Below are positions 40,396 to 53,855 of a stretch of 64,000 bases of DNA, piece by piece. How positions within the stretch are numbered: position 1 is the first letter of the stretch; each line of letters begins with the position of its first letter. The notes beneath the pieces were generated by a model. It had not been told where the DNA came from and made no database searches. It saw nothing but the letters and a program-made list of their open reading frames with translations. Origin of the DNA: Mobula hypostoma (lineage: Eukaryota); assembly GCF_963921235.1 (NCBI RefSeq), contig NC_086097.1:177198001-177262000 (forward strand). Reading direction: 5' to 3'. Position numbers and translations under genes: made by a program.

Positions 40396-41592
40396 CAGAT
40401 GAAGTCAGAAGTTTACATACACCATAGCCAAATGCATTTAAACTCAGTTTTTCACAATTCCTGACATTTAATCCTAGAAAACATTCCCTGTCTTAGGTCA
40501 GTTAGGATCACAACTTTATTTTAAGAATGTGAAATGTCAGAATAATAGTAGAGAGAATGATTTATTTCAGCTTTTATTTCTTTCATCACTTTCCCAGTGG
40601 GTCAGAAGTTTACATACGTTTTGTTAGTATTTGGTAGCATTGCCTTTAAGTTGTTTAACTTGGGTCAAACGTTTTGGATAGCCTTCCACGAGTTTCTCAC
40701 AGTAAGTTGCTGGAATTTTGTTCCATTCCTCTGGACAGAACTGGTGTAACTAAATCAGGTTTGTAGGCCTCCTTGCTTGCACATGCTTTTTCAGTTCTGC
40801 CCACAAATTTTCTATCAGATTGAGGTCAGAAAATGATGTCAAGTCTGGTTCATCCTTGGGAGCAATTTCCAAACACCTGAAGGTACCACGTTCATCTGTA
40901 CAAACAATAGTATGCAAGTATAAACACCATGGGACCACACAGCCGTCATACCGCTCAGGAAGGAGATGCATTCTGTCTCCTAGAGATGAACGTACTTTGG
41001 CGCGAAAAGTGCATTCGATCCCAGAACAACAGCAAAGGACCCTGTGAAGATGCTGGAGGAAACAGGTAGACGAGTATCTATATCCACAGTAAAACGAGTC
41101 CTATATCGACATAACCTGAAAGGCTGCTCAGAAAGGAAGAAGCCACTGCTCCAAAACCGCCATAAAAAAGCCAGACTACAGTTTGCAAGTGCACATGGGG
41201 ACAAAGATATTACTTTTTGGAGAAATGTCCTCTGGTCTGATGAAACAAAAATTGAACTGTTTGGCCATAATGACCATCGTTATGTTTGGAGGAAAAAGGG
41301 TGAGGCTTGCAAACCGAAGAACATCATCCCAACCGTGAAGCATGGGGGTGTCAGCATCATGTTGTGGGTGTGCTTTGCTGCAGGAGGGACTGGTGCACTT
41401 CTCAAAATAGATGGTATCATGAGGAAGGAAAATTATGTGGATATATTGAAGCAACATCTCAAGACATCAGCCAGGAAGTTAAAGCTCGGTCACAAATGGG
41501 TCTCCCAGATGGACAATGACCCCAAGCATACCTCCAAAGTTGTGGAATAATTGCTTAAGGACAACAAAGTGAAGGTATTGGAGTGGCCATCC
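40396..41592. mobile_element. Sleeping Beauty-like Tc1 transposon, rearranged: right IR/DR plus C-terminus on minus (40396-40830), N-terminal and core on plus (40840-41592)
   Basis: TA|CAGATGAAGTCAGAAGTTTACATACAC end and an inner DR at about 40593-40617. ORF 41044..41550 contains WSDETKIELFGHND...QMDNDPKHTSK. Minus-strand DLNLIENLWAELKK...KGNATKY*. Confidence 0.95.
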
Positions 41593-42551
41593 AATTTAAC
41601 TCTTTCCTTACAGGATGGTACATCTTTAAAAATTGGTGAGGGTTACCGGAACATGTCGATTTCCTTAGCTTTCAGATGAAGTAGAGGAGCAGGTGTGCTT
41701 TTTTAACTATAGTGTCCATGTGGCTGGGACAGGAAAAGTTGTTGGTGATATTTACACATAAGAACCTGAAGCTCTCAACCATCTCCACCTCAGCACCATT
41801 GGAACAGGCAACGTATGTATACTCTGCCCTGTTTCCTGAAACCAAACACCAACTCTTTGTTTCACTTACATGAAAATTTTGCTGGAGAATGAAATACTAA
41901 ATATCAAGCAAGAATATACAACAATATGCAGCTTTTTTTCCTGAGCTGTTAAACAATAAGTCAGACAAACAGAGCACAAACTATTGTAAATGTACCCCAT
42001 GCTGACTGGAGCCAAACACACAGAGACAAATGCTATTAGTGGTGGGTTAGAGCCTGGGGTCCAATTACAGACATCAGTTCAATTCTGCCCTCCTGATCCT
42101 TGCTTTTATTTAAAATACAAAATAAACAAGCTCTGAATTCACTTAGCTTTAGGCAATGTCCAACGGTTCTGTTTTATTAAAACCGTAGATCAAAATAATC
42201 ACATTAAGCATTACCATTTCAATCTCAAGTATCCATAGCAACACAGTCAGGCCCTGATAAAGGGTCTCAGCCTGAAACATCGACAGTTTATTCCTCTCCA
42301 TAGATACTGCCTGACCTGCTGGGCTCCTCCTGCACTCTATGTGTATAGCTTTGATTTCCGGCATATGCAGAATCACTTATGTTCGAGTACCCATACAAGT
42401 AAACTCCGTGCTGACCCTTAGTGTGTCTTAGCAGCAATTGGGTTTGGGCTTTGTTGGTTGTACAGTATATTTTCACTCTTGTGGTTTTGATCCATTTTTA
42501 TATATTCATTTTCAGGATCTTAACATCAATGACAAGGCCAGCATTCATTCA

Positions 42552-42940
42552 TTGGTTATCTGCCATGTGGTAAAACATGGGCAGTCATGGGCTTTCCATG
42601 ACCATGATTGCTGTTGGCAAATTTTTCTGCAGGAGTGGTTTGCCATTGCCTTCTTCTGGTCAGTGTCATTACAGGATCGATAACACAAGCTTTTATCAAT
42701 ACTCTCCAGAGTTTATCAGCCTGGTATCAGTGGTCTCATAACCAGGACTTGTGATATGCACCAGCTGTTCATTTGACCAACCATTGCCTGCTTCCATGGC
42801 CTCACTTGACCCTGATCAGAGGGGAGGGGTGGCTAAGGAGGTGCTACACCTTGCCCAAGGGTGACCTGCAGGCTAGCGAAGGGAAGGAGCGAGCTACTTA
42901 CATCTCCTTTGGTAGAGATGTATTTCCGCCCTGCCACTGA
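42552..42940 (-). mobile_element. Non-autonomous RTE/BovB-related SINE-like element
   Basis: Contains 'agtggtttgccattgccttct', a motif typical of BovB/Bov-A/Sauria-SINE tails on the reverse strand. Non-coding. Confidence 0.5.
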
Positions 42941-44471
42941 TCCCTAACTGCCCTCGGGAAGGTGATGTAGTTATAGAACAGTACGGCACAGAATCAGGCC
43001 CTTCTGCCTAACGAGTCAACACTGGCCACAGGGCTGACCCAACTAGCCCCAATTTCCTGCACTGGCCCATATCTCTCTAACCCCTCCTCTCCACGTACCT
43101 ATTCAAGGGCTTCTTAAGTGATATTATTGCACCTTCCTCAACTACTTCCTCTGACAGCTCATTCCATATACTCACCTCCACCATCTGAATGGAAGTGTTG
43201 CAACTCTAGTCCATCCCAAATCTTTTCCCTCTCTCTCCAAACTCATGCTCCTTAGTTTTGGTCTACCCTACCCCGGGAAAAGGACTGTCCGATCCACCTT
43301 ATCAAAATCAGATTTATTATCACTAGCATATGTCATGAAATGTGTCATTTTATGGAAGCAATACAGCCTTTTGAAAATGTCCTCTGAGGTGGGGAGGGTT
43401 GTGCCTGCGATGGAGCTGCCTGAGTTTAAAACCCCTGTGCACTGCAGTCTCCATACCATAATGCAACCAGTCACACTGCACATCTGTAGATATTTGGTAG
43501 AGTCTTTGGTGACCCGAACTATGTATTTCCGTAAGGTCGCCTTTCATTCCCCTACATTCCAAGCAATAAGGGACCACTGCAACATCCTTGAACCACTGCT
43601 GAAGGTGCTCCACAGAGCTGCTGGGATGGAGCCAGTGACAATGAAGGACGGGCGATATATTTCCAAGTCAGGAGGGTGCATGACTTGGAAAGGAACCTGC
43701 AGCTGGTGATGATACTGTATGCCCTTTTCCTTGGTACGCGAGGTGGTGGGTTATTGGCCAGTGCCGTGGGCGTAACGTGGGTGAATGTAAACGGTGACAC
43801 TGTGCTGCCCCAATGGTGGATAAAATGAACATTTAAATGATGGAAGGGGTGTGAACCAAGCAGGCTGTTTTGGCTTTGGGCTCCATTCCTTCTCCCCTAC
43901 ACTCCTCCATGATCTCTTCTTCTAGTACACTTCATGTCTTTGATTTTAATTGATCCAGAATGGTAGCCATTTCTTCAGCTCCCTCCCCACTTCTCCCTCT
44001 TTTAAGAGACCCTCCCTTGAAGCCATTTCTCAACCAAGCTATTGAGCACCTGCCTTATGTAGCATGTTCTCTTGAAAATACCTTGTGAAGCACCAAAACG
44101 TTATTAGCTACATTAAAACCAATTTGAGTTGATTGTCACGTGCACATGTATGGTAATGAAAACTTTGCTTGCAGCATCTTCACAGCACATAGATACAGAG
44201 TGCACCCCAAATAAAGTCAAATTCAATATACTTGAGCATAGAACAAGTTTATTGCTACATCTGCAAGTACATGTATGCACAGGCGCACTGAAAGCTTAGT
44301 TGCAGCAGCATCACAGACCATAGCATCAGAGAAACAGCATTCACAAGAAAAACAAAATATGAGTGTAAGAAAGAACGTTTTACCAGAAAGAACACAACTT
44401 GAACAAAAAAGTCCACTTTAGTGCAAGGTGATCAAAGTGGTCATATATACTGTAAATCATACAAGATACTA

Positions 44472-45033
44472 TCATCCTGAGCAGCTGCAACACTGCCTGG
44501 CTTGGGAATTGCACCATCTCGGATCGCAAGACCCTGCAGCGGATCGTGAGGTCAGCTGAGAAGATCATCGGGGTCTCTCTTTCCGCCATTACAGACATTT
44601 ACACCACACACTGCATCCATAAAGCAAACGGCATTACAGACCTCTCATACAAACTCTTCTCCCTCCTGCCATCTGGCAAAAGGCACCAAAGTATTCGAGC
44701 TCTCACAACCAGACTATGTAACAGTTTCTTCCCCCAAGCCATCAGACTCCTCAGTACCCAGAGTCTGGACTGACACCAACCTACTGCCATCTACTGTGCC
44801 TATTGTCTTGTTTATTATTTATTGTAATGCCTGCACTGTTTTGTGCACCTTATGCGGTCGTGGGTAGGTCTGTAGTCTAGTGTAGTTTTGTGTCATTTTT
44901 ACATAGTTCAGTGTAGTTTTTGTATGGTTTCATGTAACACCATGGTCCTGAAAAATGTTGTCTCATTTTTACTGTGTTCTGTACCAGCAGTTATGGTCAA
45001 AATGACAATAAAAAGTGACTTGACTTGACTTGA
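44472..45033 (+). mobile_element. Rex1/Babar 3' fragment, same subfamily as 2255-3194
   Basis: RSAEKIIGVSLSAITDIYTT...LFSLLPSGKR...NSFFPQAIRLL. Tail is (gactt)n. Confidence 0.9.
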
Positions 45034-45364
45034 TAATGAAGAGGGGGAGAAAAGAAGGCTGGACGAAAACGAGGCAGTGCATAACAGGAGACAGAGTCAG
45101 TAACCAATCCAGGGTAGTGCAACACATACAAATTGCTGGAGGAACTCCTGAAGTTAGGCAGCAGCTATGGACAAGAGTACAGTCGATGTTTCCAGCCGAA
45201 ACCCTTGGCAGTGCAAGTGGTGATTCATGGTGTCCCAGTGCTGAGGTAAAGATAGGCTTGAGCAGATCAAGAAGCTGATGAAGAAAAGTAGCTGTTCCTG
45301 AACTTGGTAGAGTGTGACTTCTGGCTTCTGTACAAACCGCCATTAAACGCTGGTTATTCCATAG

Positions 45365-45487
45365 CTGGCTGTGGGAGCTTGCTGTGCGTAAGTAGGCTCC
45401 TGCCTTTCCTACATTTCAACAATGGTTTCATCTTAAAAACACATTATTGGGATGCCCAGATATTGTGAAGGTTGCTTTGTAAATGCA
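45365..45487 (+). mobile_element. DeuSINE (SacSINE1/AmnSINE-like) 3' relic
   Basis: 'tgtgggagcttgctgtgcgtaagtaggctcctgcctttcctacatttcaacaatg...ttgggatgcccagatattgtgaaggttgctttgtaaatgca' matches the remembered DeuSINE consensus. Confidence 0.65.
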
Positions 45488-45929
45488 CGGCTTTATGTAA
45501 ATGTGAGTTGCTATATTTCCTGGGGATATAGTTTGCAAAATTTTATGTCATAAATCTGAACAAATTTGTCAAAGCACTCCTATTGATTTCAGGATGAGAA
45601 ATATGAGTTCTTCCATAAACTCTAGTGGGCTTCGGATGGTTCAACAGACCATTCACTGCCTCATTAATGCAGAATTCTAAATTGTGCCATCAATTCACTC
45701 TACCCATCGGCACTTGGCTGCCTGGAGCTCTGTGCAACTGAATTATCATATAAACCATTATAAATGTATTAAAACAGACATTTACATTTTTATTGATATC
45801 CTTCTGTTGTCGCTGGTTGCACTATATTAATGGCTTGCAACAAACCAAGAAACCTTAAGGTTCCTTACTGGTACCGGCAATTGCAGATGTCATTTACTCT
45901 TTGAAACTTCTCCCATTCCACTGTTTCAT

Positions 45930-46510
45930 CGAACATAAAACATCGTACTGTTCAGCACAGGAATAGGCCCTTCAGTCCATGATGTTGAGCCAGACTACTT
46001 AAATTAGGAATCAAATGCCCAACTAAACTAATCCCTTCAGGCTGTTCCCTTCGTTCCTTGCACATTCATGTGCCTATCTAAGAGCTTCTTGAATGCCTGT
46101 CATATCTGCTTCCATCACCACCCCAGCAACCCACTTGAGGTACTGTACCCAACACTCTCCGTGTAAGAGACTTGCTCACACATCTCCTTTGAACTTACCT
46201 TCTCACCCTTAATGCATGCCCTCTGGTATTGGATATTTCAACTCTGGCTGTCTACCCTATCTTAGAATCTTGTAATTGCCTATCAGATCTCCTCTCAGCC
46301 TCCACCATTCCAGAGATAACAACCTAGGTTTGTCCCACCTCTCCTTACAGCACATGTTCTCTAATCCAGGAAGCTTCCTGAAAAACCTCCTCTGCACCCT
46401 CTCCACCCTCTCCAAAGCATTCACAACATTCCTGCAAAGGGGCAACCAGAACTGAATGTAGTACTGAAATTTAGAAGGTGTAAATTAACTTCTGAACTCC
46501 TGAACTGCCA
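45930..46510 (-). mobile_element. CR1 3' fragment
   Basis: ORF 46257..46445(-) reads ALERVERVQRRFFRKLPGLE...LSLEWWRLRGDLI. Confidence 0.85.
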
Positions 46511-47727
46511 TAGCAGTTCAAGTTCAAGTTTATTGTCATCTGACCCTACATGCATACAAACAATCACAACAACGTGCACCCACAATGCATAAATCACACA
46601 GTGCGTAAAACAAAATTTTACCACAATAAGTGAATAAAATATAATTCAAAATGTATGTGGTGCATAACACTTCACCTAGTGACACGACACTAGACCTTCT
46701 TTACTATCCTATCATCCCGTGATGCCAGTGTCAATAACCTGTGTCCTTGTCTGTTGAAGAATCAAAGGGTGCAATGGGATAGAAAGGGGCCATTTGTCCC
46801 ATTGAGACCAAGCTGTCACTCTGTTGTAGCAATCTCTTCTGTTGCCTTCCTCTAGTCTATCTCTGTATGACTCTTGTTTTGTTCAATCGTCTAAATATGG
46901 GGTGGTACTGCGACAGAATCTACAACATCCAGAGACCCCAGTTTGAGCATGATCCCTAGCGTGGTCTGTGGAGTCTGCACATTCTCCCTGTGACTGTACA
47001 TTAGGGAATCGACAGTGGGGAGAGGTAGCAGCTTTAAATTCCTGGGCTTAACCCGTTCTAGGTCCTACACACAGATGAAATCACAAGGAAGGTGCGCTGG
47101 TGTCTATAATTTCTTCGGCGGTTAAGGAGATTTAGCTTATCGCAAACATTCTAACAGACTTCTACAGATGTACTGTTGAAAGTATCCTGACTGATTGCAT
47201 CATGGTCTGGTGCAGCAACTCCAATGCACAGGAACACAAGAAGCTGCAGCGAGTATTGGACTCAGCTCAATACATCATGGGCCTATCCCTCCCCACCATC
47301 AGTAGTAGGTGCTGCATCAGAAACTGAATCGGGTTCATTATCACTGACGTATGTCATGAAATTTGTTATTTCGTGACACGTAAAAATTACTATAAATGAC
47401 AAAATAAATAGTGCATCAAAAATACCCACCATCCAGGCCATGCCATCTTCTCATAGATACCTTTGGGCAGGAGGTACAGAAGCATGAAGTTCCACATCAC
47501 CAGGTTCAAAAACTGCTACTTCCCGTCAACCATTCAGATCTTGAACCAACCAAAACAACACTAATTTCAGCCTCAGTATAGCAACACAATGACCACTTTG
47601 ATGACATTGTACTAACATGGATGTTGTTTTTTTATTATTCTAGTTGTGTTCTTACTTGTAAAATTTGTGTATAATTTACATTTTTTCCTGTGAATGCTGC
47701 TTGAGTGATCCTATTTATGTAAGTATA

Positions 47728-48018
47728 TATTTATTTATTTAGTGTTACAGCATGGAGTAGTCCCTTCTGGACCTTCTGCCCCAGCAACCCTGACAATCAC
47801 GATTAACCCTAACCTAATCAGAGGATAATTTACAATGACCAATTAACCTACCCGATACATCTTTGGACTGTGAGGGAAACTGGAGAATCTGACGAAAACC
47901 CACGCTTTCCATAGGGAGGACGCACAGAGACTACTTACAGATGGTGCTGGAATTAAACTCTAAACTCTGTCGCCCCGAGCTATAATAGTGTTGCGCTAAC
48001 CGCTATGCTACCGTTGTG
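47728..48018 (-). mobile_element. HE1-like V-SINE
   Basis: Reverse complement of the same head, V-domain and tail seen at 38221 and 15285. Confidence 0.75.
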
Positions 48019-48079
48019 GTATAGGCCGCTGATGCTGCTAGAAGTAAGTTTTTCATTGCATCTATGCATAGTTGTAGCC

Positions 48080-48178
48080 GGCTGGTGGTGTAGTGGCATC
48101 AGCACCAGACTTCAGAACGAAGGTTCCTGAGTTCGAATCCAGCCGGCTCCCTTGCACACTTTCCACTGTGCTGGGTTT
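48080..48178 (+). mobile_element. tRNA-derived SINE head (tRNA-like, not a functional tRNA)
   Basis: A box TGGTGTAGTGG and B box GTTCGAATCC at tRNA spacing. No convincing acceptor stem or poly-T terminator. Confidence 0.6.
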
Positions 48179-50199
48179 CATAGTTGTACATGTGAGTATG
48201 ACAATGAACTTGACTGGGACATCAGCTGACTCTGTCTATCTTTCTCCATGATTTCAGTAAACCTTAATCATCCCAGCCCTAAAAGAAATATAGCAACCTA
48301 CTTTTCAGGCTTACCACCTTCTCAAGGAGGAGTCCCATATATCCATGCTTGCTTGTGTGGGAAGGTTTTTCCTGATGTCACTGGTGAATGAACTGTTAAT
48401 GATCATCTCCTTGTACTGGACTCCTGCTCACACAACCCAACCCCCATACTCACCAGTAGAGTCAGAGAGTCTTAAAACTTGGAAATAGGCCATTCTGCCC
48501 AAGATGTCCTCACTGAGCAGTGGACGCCATTCCTACTGGCCCCCATCTTCCTGCACTTGGTGTATAGCCTTCTATACCATTCAAGTGCCTAGCACTTCCT
48601 GGATTTATGGACTGGGTAACAGCTCAGAAAGAGGCATTTCAGCCTTTCAAGTTTGTACGTGTTCAAGGTGAGAGCAATCCAGCTGTTCTCTCCCTTTCTT
48701 TATGAACATAGCTATTGAACTGCTTCCACCACCGACCGTAGCAGTGTGGTCTAGACACTGCCCTCTCGCTGCCGAGAAAAGATTGTTGTCCATGTCACTT
48801 TTGGGTTTCTTCAGCTATCTACTTCTGTGTCTCCTTCTGCTTGACCCCCTCTGCAATGGGGACAGTCATTCCTGTCTATTGCAGGAACTCAGCGGATAGA
48901 TCAGTATCTGTGGGGGTGAGGGGATATGAATAGTCAACGTTTCGGGTCACAAACATGCATTAGGATGAAAAGTGAAGAGAGGAGATGACCAGTATAACGG
49001 GGAGACTGGAAGGAGTGAGGCTAAGGTTATTGGTGGACAGAGAGTTTGAAAGATGGAGGGCAGGTACTCCTCTCCTCCACTTCCTGGTTTGATCTGCCTT
49101 CCACCTGTCATCCCTGTTTGATCCAATAATCACCTACCATCCCCTTCATCTTCCCACCTGCAGCATCGACTTTCAATTTCCCTCCACAGAGGCTGCTCGA
49201 CCCACAAGTTCCTCCTGCAGATTGCTTGTTTCCCACCTGCAGTCTCTTGTGTCTCCCCTCTATCCACTACAGCATTCAAGATTTTGAAACCTTTTATTGG
49301 ATCTCCTTGTAACCTCCTCTGATCCAGAGAAAATAACCACAGTTTCTCCAACCTCTTATTATAACCAAAGCCCTCATCCATGGAACTATTGCAGTAAATC
49401 TCTTCCACACCCTGCCCCAAATGTTTATGCCTTTCTAGTGAGGAGCTGACATCCACTCAATGTATTCCAGCTGTGGTCGAAACAGTGCTTCATAACACTT
49501 CACCAATCTTTCCTGCAATTACATTCTAGATTATTAGAAATTAAGTCCTAGATGCTTTGATCTTTTTTATGATCTGTTTCAATGTTTTAGAGAAGAATAA
49601 GAGGGAGGTAAATGAGGTAGTAAAAGAGATGGGAGAGTTGCACTGCTAAGAGGGACAATATCACAGTTGCATTCAGAGGGGACATAATGGAGAGCTCGTC
49701 CACTGAGTCTATATGAGTAGACGTCAAAAATAAGGAGGATGCAATCATTCCTATGGGACGTACTACAGACCCCCAATAGCCACCAGGACATTGAGGAATA
49801 GATATGCAGGCAGATTAAGGAAATGTATAAAAACATTTGTTGTCATGGGGGACTTTAACTTCCCTAATATAAATTGGGACCTTCTGAATGCAGGAAGATT
49901 AGATGGGACAGAATTTGTTAGGTGCAGCCAAGAGTGTTCCTTAAATCAATGTGTAGATGGTCTTACAGAGGAAGAGCTGTACTGGACCAGCTGTTGGGTA
50001 ATGAGCCTGGCCAAATACCAGACCTTTCAGTGGATGATCAATTAGGGAACAATGATCACAATTCCTTAAGTTTGAAGATAGCTACAGATAAGAATAAGTA
50101 TGGACCTTGCAGGAGAGTATCAAATTGGAGCAGGGCAAATTATAAGAGCATTAGGCAGAATTGGGGATGGCAGTTTTTTGGCAAGTCCACATCGAACAT

Positions 50200-51959
50200 G
50201 CAACATAGGTGACAACAAGGCTTCACTTCCAGATGAGCTCAATGTTTCCTACTTTGACCATCAAAACATGAAGGAACTATCGGAAACTCCCATAGCCCCC
50301 AGTGATCTTGTGATTTGAGTCTCTGATCCTTCAAGAGAGTGAACCCAGGAAAAGCATTCGGCTTAGGTGGGGTACCCAGTCAAGTGCTCAAGAGCTGTGC
50401 TGATCAATGGGCTGTTGTGTTCTCTGAGGTCGTTAACCTCTCAGTTTGGTAGTGTGTGGTACCACCTGCTTCAATCAGGTTTCAATCACACTGGTGCCCA
50501 CGAAGAGCATGGCGAGCTGCCTTAATGACAATCGCCCAGTAGCACTTGCATCCACAGTGATGAAGTTTGAGAGTTTGGTGATGAAACATATCAACTCCTG
50601 CCTGAGAAGTGACTTGAGTCCACTCCAAGTTGCCAAACGGAGCAACAGATCCACAGCAGATGCCATCTTTTTGGCTCCTCTCTCAACCCTGGAACATCTG
50701 GAAAGCAAAGGTACATACATCAGGTTGCTTTTTATTGACCAAAGCTTAGAATTCAATGCCATCATCCCCTCAAAGCTAATCAATAAGCTTCAAGACTTTG
50801 GCCTCACTACCTCCTGTGCAATTGTATCCTCAATCTCCTCACTTGCAGACCCCAGTTCGGATTAGCAACAACATCTCTTCCACAATCTCCATAATCTCCA
50901 TCAGCACAGGTGCACCACAAGGCTGTGGGCCTAGCCACCACCCCCCCCTCCGTCGCTTTACGCTTTTGACTGTGTGGCTAAGCATGGTTCCAATGCAATA
51001 GTCAAGTTCATAGACCGAACCAAAAGTGGTGTCAAATGAGTATATAGGAAATGTATTGAAAATCCAGCTGAGTGGCTCCACAACAACAACGTCTTACTCA
51101 ATATCAGCAAGACAAAGGAGCTGATTATTGAATTCAGGAGGAGGAAGCCAGAGGCCCATGAGCCTCTCTCAAAGAGGGGCAGAGGTGGTGAGGGCCAGCA
51201 ACCTTAAATTTCTCAGTATTTTCATTTCGGAGGACCTGACCTGGGCCCAGCATGTAAGTGCAATTACAAAGAAAGCATGGTAGTGTATCTATTTCCTTAG
51301 GGGTTTGTGAAGATTCAACATGACATATAAAACTTTAACAAACTTTGGTAGCTATGTAGTAGAGAGCATATTGATTGGCTGCATCATAGCCTGGCATGGA
51401 AACCCCAAAGACCTTGAACCATACATCCTACAAAAAGTGATTGATGTGGCCCAGTCCATCATGATTAAAGCCCTCCCCACCGTTGAGCACATCCGCATGT
51501 AGCGTTGTCACATGAAAGCAGCATACATCATCACCCCCACCACCCAGGTCACGCTCTCTCCTCCCTGCTACCATCAGTAAGAAGGTACAGGGGCCTCAGG
51601 ACTCACACCATCAGTTTCAGGATCAGTTACCAGCAACCAGCAGGCTGTTGAACCAAAGGGATAACTTCATTCAACATCACCTGCCCCATCAATGACATGT
51701 TCCTACAAACTATGGACTCACTTTCAAGGATTCCTCATCTCATGTTCTTGATATTTATTGTTTATTTATTTATTTCTATCTTTTTGTATCTGCACAGTTT
51801 GTTGTCTTTTGCACACTGGTTAAACTACCAATCTATTAAGGTTATTATTCGATTATGGATTTATTGAGTATGCCCACAAGAAAATTAATCTTAGGGTTAC
51901 ATGTGGTGATATATACTGTATGTTCCTTGATCATAAATGTAGTTTGAACATTGAACTTT
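50200..51959 (+). mobile_element. Rex1/Babar LINE (RT region and 3' UTR) nested in CR1
   Basis: CLNDNRPVALASTVMKFE...NRSTADAI...[15 protein letters not shown], and tail 'tttgaacattgaactttg'. Confidence 0.9.
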
Positions 51960-53051
51960 GGAGGATATTTAAAGACCAACTGCACGGAATACAGGACAGG
52001 TATATTCCAGTAAGGAAAGACAAGGATGGCAAGGTAAGAGAAACTTGGCTGTCATGGGAGGTGATTAATTTAGTTAACAAGAAAAAGGAGAAGGATGTAA
52101 AGCTTAGGAAGAGTTCATAAAACTCACGTTAGGCTGCATCTGCAATATCACATACTGTTCTGGTTGTCCCATTATAAGAAGGATGTCAAGGCTTCGGAGC
52201 CTGGACTGGAGGCCATGTGCTATAACAAGAGGTTGGACAAAGTAGGATGGTTTTTGTAGTGTGATTAATATTTCAGTAATATCTGAGTAATATTGCAAAT
52301 ATTATGTTTGATTAAGCATTCTTTGTTTGTTTATATAATTTTTTCTGGGTTATGTGTAAGAAGTACATGAATGCCATATATCATTATGCCACCACATCGT
52401 ATAACCATATAACTATATAACAATTACAGCACGGGAACAGGCCATCTCAGCCCTTCTAGTCCGTGCCGAACTCTTACTCTCACCTAATCCCACCGACCTG
52501 CACTCAACCCATAACACTCCATTCCTTTCCTGTCCATATATCTATCCAATTTAGCTGTAAACGACAACATCGAACCTGCCTCAACCACTTCTGCTGGAAG
52601 CTCGTTCCACACAGCTACCACTCTCTGAGTAAAGAAGTTCGTCCTCATGTTACCCCTAAACTTTTGCCCTTTAACTCTCCACTCATGTCCTCTTGTTTGA
52701 ATCTCTCCCACTCTCAATGGAAAAAGCCTATCCACGTCAATTCTATCAATCCCCCACCTATATATGTGAGTACCTCACTAAGAAAAAGAAATAAAAACTA
52801 TGTAGACAAAGATTCCAGTTCCTGTGTTTTTCTTTTGATTATTTTCTGGACTTACAAAACAAAACAGTGGCAACAAAGAAGCTTTAGTACAAACCTGAGA
52901 TGACTGTTGAAGTGCAGCATGTTTTTCTTCAGAAGGGGAGAGAGATATGCCTGTTTAAAAAAGGCAGAAATGGATTAAATTAACAAGCAATGAGTACAGC
53001 CACAAGTTCATAAACAGTGAGTATGAGGTGAATGCATTTTTAAAAATAGAA

Positions 53052-53855
53052 ATGGCTGGCTACATCGGACACATAGATGGATTTGATTGTACAGCAAATA
53101 ACTGGATGATATGTACAGAAAAAATTGAGCAGAATTTTGCATTTAATGAAATAGCCAATAAAAAACAAGTACCCATTTTGCTGAATGCAATGGGTGGAAA
53201 AGAATACAGTTTGCTTAGAAGTTTAACTGCTCCAATCAAACCAGCCATAATTAGCTTTGCTGATATCACAAACGTAATGCAGAAACATTTAGAATCGAGA
53301 CCATTGTTAATTGCCAAACACGTTAGATTTCATAAGCAGAATCAAGAGGAAGGGGAGTCCATTTCAGTTTATGTGGCTGAACTGAAGAATTTGTCCAAGC
53401 TTGGTCAGCTCAGCAATGAGCTCAATAATGCACTGAGAGATTGTCTAACTTTTAGAATCTTACAAGAAAATATTCAAAAATGGATCCTAAATGAAACACA
53501 ACTCACATTTAAAAAGGCAGTTGAAATTGCTGTGACAATGGAAGCAGTAGCCAGAGATGTAATTGATTTCCAGTCAGGAATGAAAGAGAGCATGAACAAA
53601 ATTGCAAATCTAAACGGAAACTTGTCTGGCCAAACAAATTGTGTTATCATTTTGGCATACATACACCTCACCAATACAGGTTTTAACAGTGAAACTTGCA
53701 AAACATGTAACAAAGAGCATGTCAAGCAGACAAAAATAAATGAACTGCACTGGGAAGAGAAAAAGATAAAAAGTTATATTGCAGTTTCAAAAAGAACTTT
53801 AATCTGCACGCTGTTGATGAAAAATCTGATAATGTTGACGGTGTCAGAGCAATGA
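53052..53855 (+). pseudogene. Gypsy gag-like ORF (degenerate)
   Basis: MAGYIGHIDGFD...LLNAMGGKEYSLLRSLTAPIKP...FHKQNQEEGESISVYVAELKNL...LRD, typical of fish Gypsy Gag. Confidence 0.85.

Noticed and set aside
42840..42932. HDV-like ribozyme at the 5' end of the minus-strand RTE-related element
   Set aside because: A partial P1-like pairing (GGCGGAA/CTTCGCT) exists, but I could not place P1.1, P3 or the catalytic J4/2 C.
48080..48150. Functional tRNA gene
   Set aside because: A and B boxes are present but there is no convincing acceptor stem or terminator. The sequence continues as SINE-like DNA.
53028..53855. Domesticated gag gene
   Set aside because: It sits in its normal place within a decayed Gypsy, and the C-terminal part drifts out of frame with no intact zinc knuckle.
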